DNA of 64,000 nucleotides, taken from the NCBI GenBank assembly GCA_052327205.1, contig CM126211.1, positions 29,016,001-29,080,000 of the forward strand. The letters are read 5' to 3'. The notes beneath the pieces were generated by a model, which was not told where the DNA came from, made no database searches, and saw nothing but the letters and a program-made list of their open reading frames with translations. The translations under genes and the position numbers were made by a program. Source of the stretch: Somniosus microcephalus. Taxonomy: Eukaryota. Shown here piece after piece: positions 62,150-64,000 of the stretch (within the stretch, counting starts at the first letter, position 1; each line of letters begins with the position of its first letter).

Positions 62150-63375
62150 AACAACAACTTGCATTTATATAGTGCCTTTAATTAATGCAGTAAAACAGCC
62201 CTAGGTGCTTAATCAGAAAAAAATTGACACCAAGCTAAAGAAGGTGATAATAGGGCATATCTTGGTCAAAGAGGTAGGTTTTAAGGAGCGTCTTAAAGGA
62301 CGCGAGAGAGGCAGCAAGATTCCAGAGCTTAGGGCCTAGAAAGCTGAAAGCACAACCGCCAATGGTGGGGAAATAAGGAATGCACAATAGGCAAATTTCA
62401 CAGAGGGCTGTAGGGCTGAAAGAGGTTGCAGAGATAGGGAGGGGCGAGGCCAGGGGGGCATCTGAACAGAAGGATGAGAATTTTAAAATCAAGGTGCTGG
62501 CGGACCGAGTGCTAATTTAGGTCAGCGAGCACAGGGGTGATGGCTGAACGGGAGCTGGTGTGAGTTAGGATATGGATTGCAGAGTTTTGGAGGAGATCAA
62601 GTTTATGGACGGTGGAAGATGGGAGGCCAGCCTGGGAAGCATTAGAATGGTCGAGTCTGTTGGTAACTAAAGCATGGATGAAGGTTTCAGCACCAGATAG
62701 GCTGAGGCAGGAGCGGAGACAGGTGATATTACAGAGGTGAAAGTAGGCGGTCTTTGTGATGGAGAGGATATGGGGTTGGAAGCTGAGTCAAATAGGATGC
62801 TGAGGTTGCGAGTAGTCTGATTCAGCCTCAGACAGTGGCCAGGGAGTACGATGGAATCAGTGGTTAAGGAATGGAATTTGTGATGGGGGGGCCGAAGACA
62901 ATGGCTTTGGTCTTCCCAATGTTTCATTGGAAGAAATTTTGGCTTATCCAGGACTGCATGACAGAGGCACCTGAACGATGGTCTCAATCTTACTGACAAA
63001 TAACTCCATGAGCTTCTCACACATGTTGTTGGAGGTGAAGGTGGTGAGGGGTTTAAGGAGAGAAAAGATGCTGGGGGTTATCTCTGCATTCCGGGATGAT
63101 TCTGGAGTAATGAGCAGTTTTGGCAGAGAGCAGGGCCCGATATTGCTTGTTGTGGTCCAGCCAGATCTGGCAATGAATGGCTAAACCAATTGTGCACTAT
63201 AAATGTACAATTCTGTGTCCCTTGGACTTAAGGAACAAAGATGGGGGACGTACCAGGGCAAACGACCAGGGTGGGAGAGAGTAATGGTTTTACTGGGGAC
63301 GAGCATCAAAAGTGGAGGTGAGCTTGTGATTGAGCAGTTGATAGCTGCAGAAGTGTCGTGGCGAATAGAGGGCCA
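62150..63375 (-). mobile_element. L2-type LINE fragments
   Basis: Tail CTTGCATTTATATAG, IGGCAFSFLGPKLWN, FKTLLKTYLFDQ, LRLNQTTRNL. Confidence 0.78.
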
Positions 63376-64000
63376 AAGGCACATAGACTACTACAAAATG
63401 GCACAGTAAATATTTGTCTTTTACTACTCTGAATTGCTCTAGCATATTCCTGTAATTAGCGTTAGCCAGTCGCCATGTTAGCTGAACCAACCATTACTGT
63501 ACATTAAACTTTAATTTTTATTTCTTAATTCTGTTTACCTTCCACAAGGTTCTCCTTCTCTTTCCCACAGTTTCCTCTTCTGAAGATGGCAGTTCCCATT
63601 GGAGCAGTGCTGCAGACATCTGTGGACCTAAAATACCTCATCCAAGTAATCATTTTTGAAGTATTCGTTTCAACGATGAGTGATGGGAGAAGGACTTGGC
63701 ACACGCAAACCCAAGCCAAATTTCAGCTGGAGTTCCTGTGTGTGATCAAGATTGCAAAGTCTAGTCAATTTACCCACCTCAAGTGGTGATTTACGCTGGA
63801 AAATAATTCCATGGGTGCTGCAGTGGCGCAATACCACTCCAAAATGGCTGTTTCATATGTGAGCCTAGACAATTTGACCATGAAGCCATAATTATGAAGC
63901 ACAATTCTGTCTTATGGTCAACATCCACATATATGCATTTCCTACAGGGATCACTGGACAGTAAGGAGCAAGAACCTGGCTTAATTTTTTTCCTCTTTGC

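Noticed and set aside
59290-64000. Divergent neighbouring gene or antisense lncRNA exons
   Set aside because: Region is almost all SINE, Penelope, CR1 and L2 sequence; no host coding exon recognised.

Overview
Eukaryotic (vertebrate) genomic DNA, very probably from a cartilaginous fish (shark/ray), judged from CR1 LINE 3' tails, Deu-domain SINEs and Penelope elements of the types I recall from elasmobranchs. The window is almost wholly one minus-strand gene, RBM26 (PWI, RS, CCCH zinc finger, Pro-rich, RRM1, coiled coil, RGG, RRM2). I traced 20 coding exons by hand from the ATG at 58683 to 1324: all GT-AG, phase-consistent, 2817 nt = 939 codons. The last exons lie beyond the window start, and the CpG-island promoter is at about 58.6-59.3 kb. 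Introns are full of repeats (CR1, L2, Vingi-like, RTE-X-like, Penelope, SINEs, several MITEs). The most notable accessory element is in intron 18: a 5'-truncated endogenous retrovirus in the sense orientation, with an open 336-codon gamma-type env frame (complete TM subunit), a polypurine tract and a complete 724-bp 3' LTR. Other points of interest are a candidate 37-nt poison micro-exon in intron 1, an RBM27-like 8-residue extension of exon 10, and a minimal hammerhead ribozyme in the Penelope tail. Nearly all other ORFs in the six-frame track are repeat fragments or noise. Repeat boundaries are approximate and family names come from recalled motifs, not database searches.
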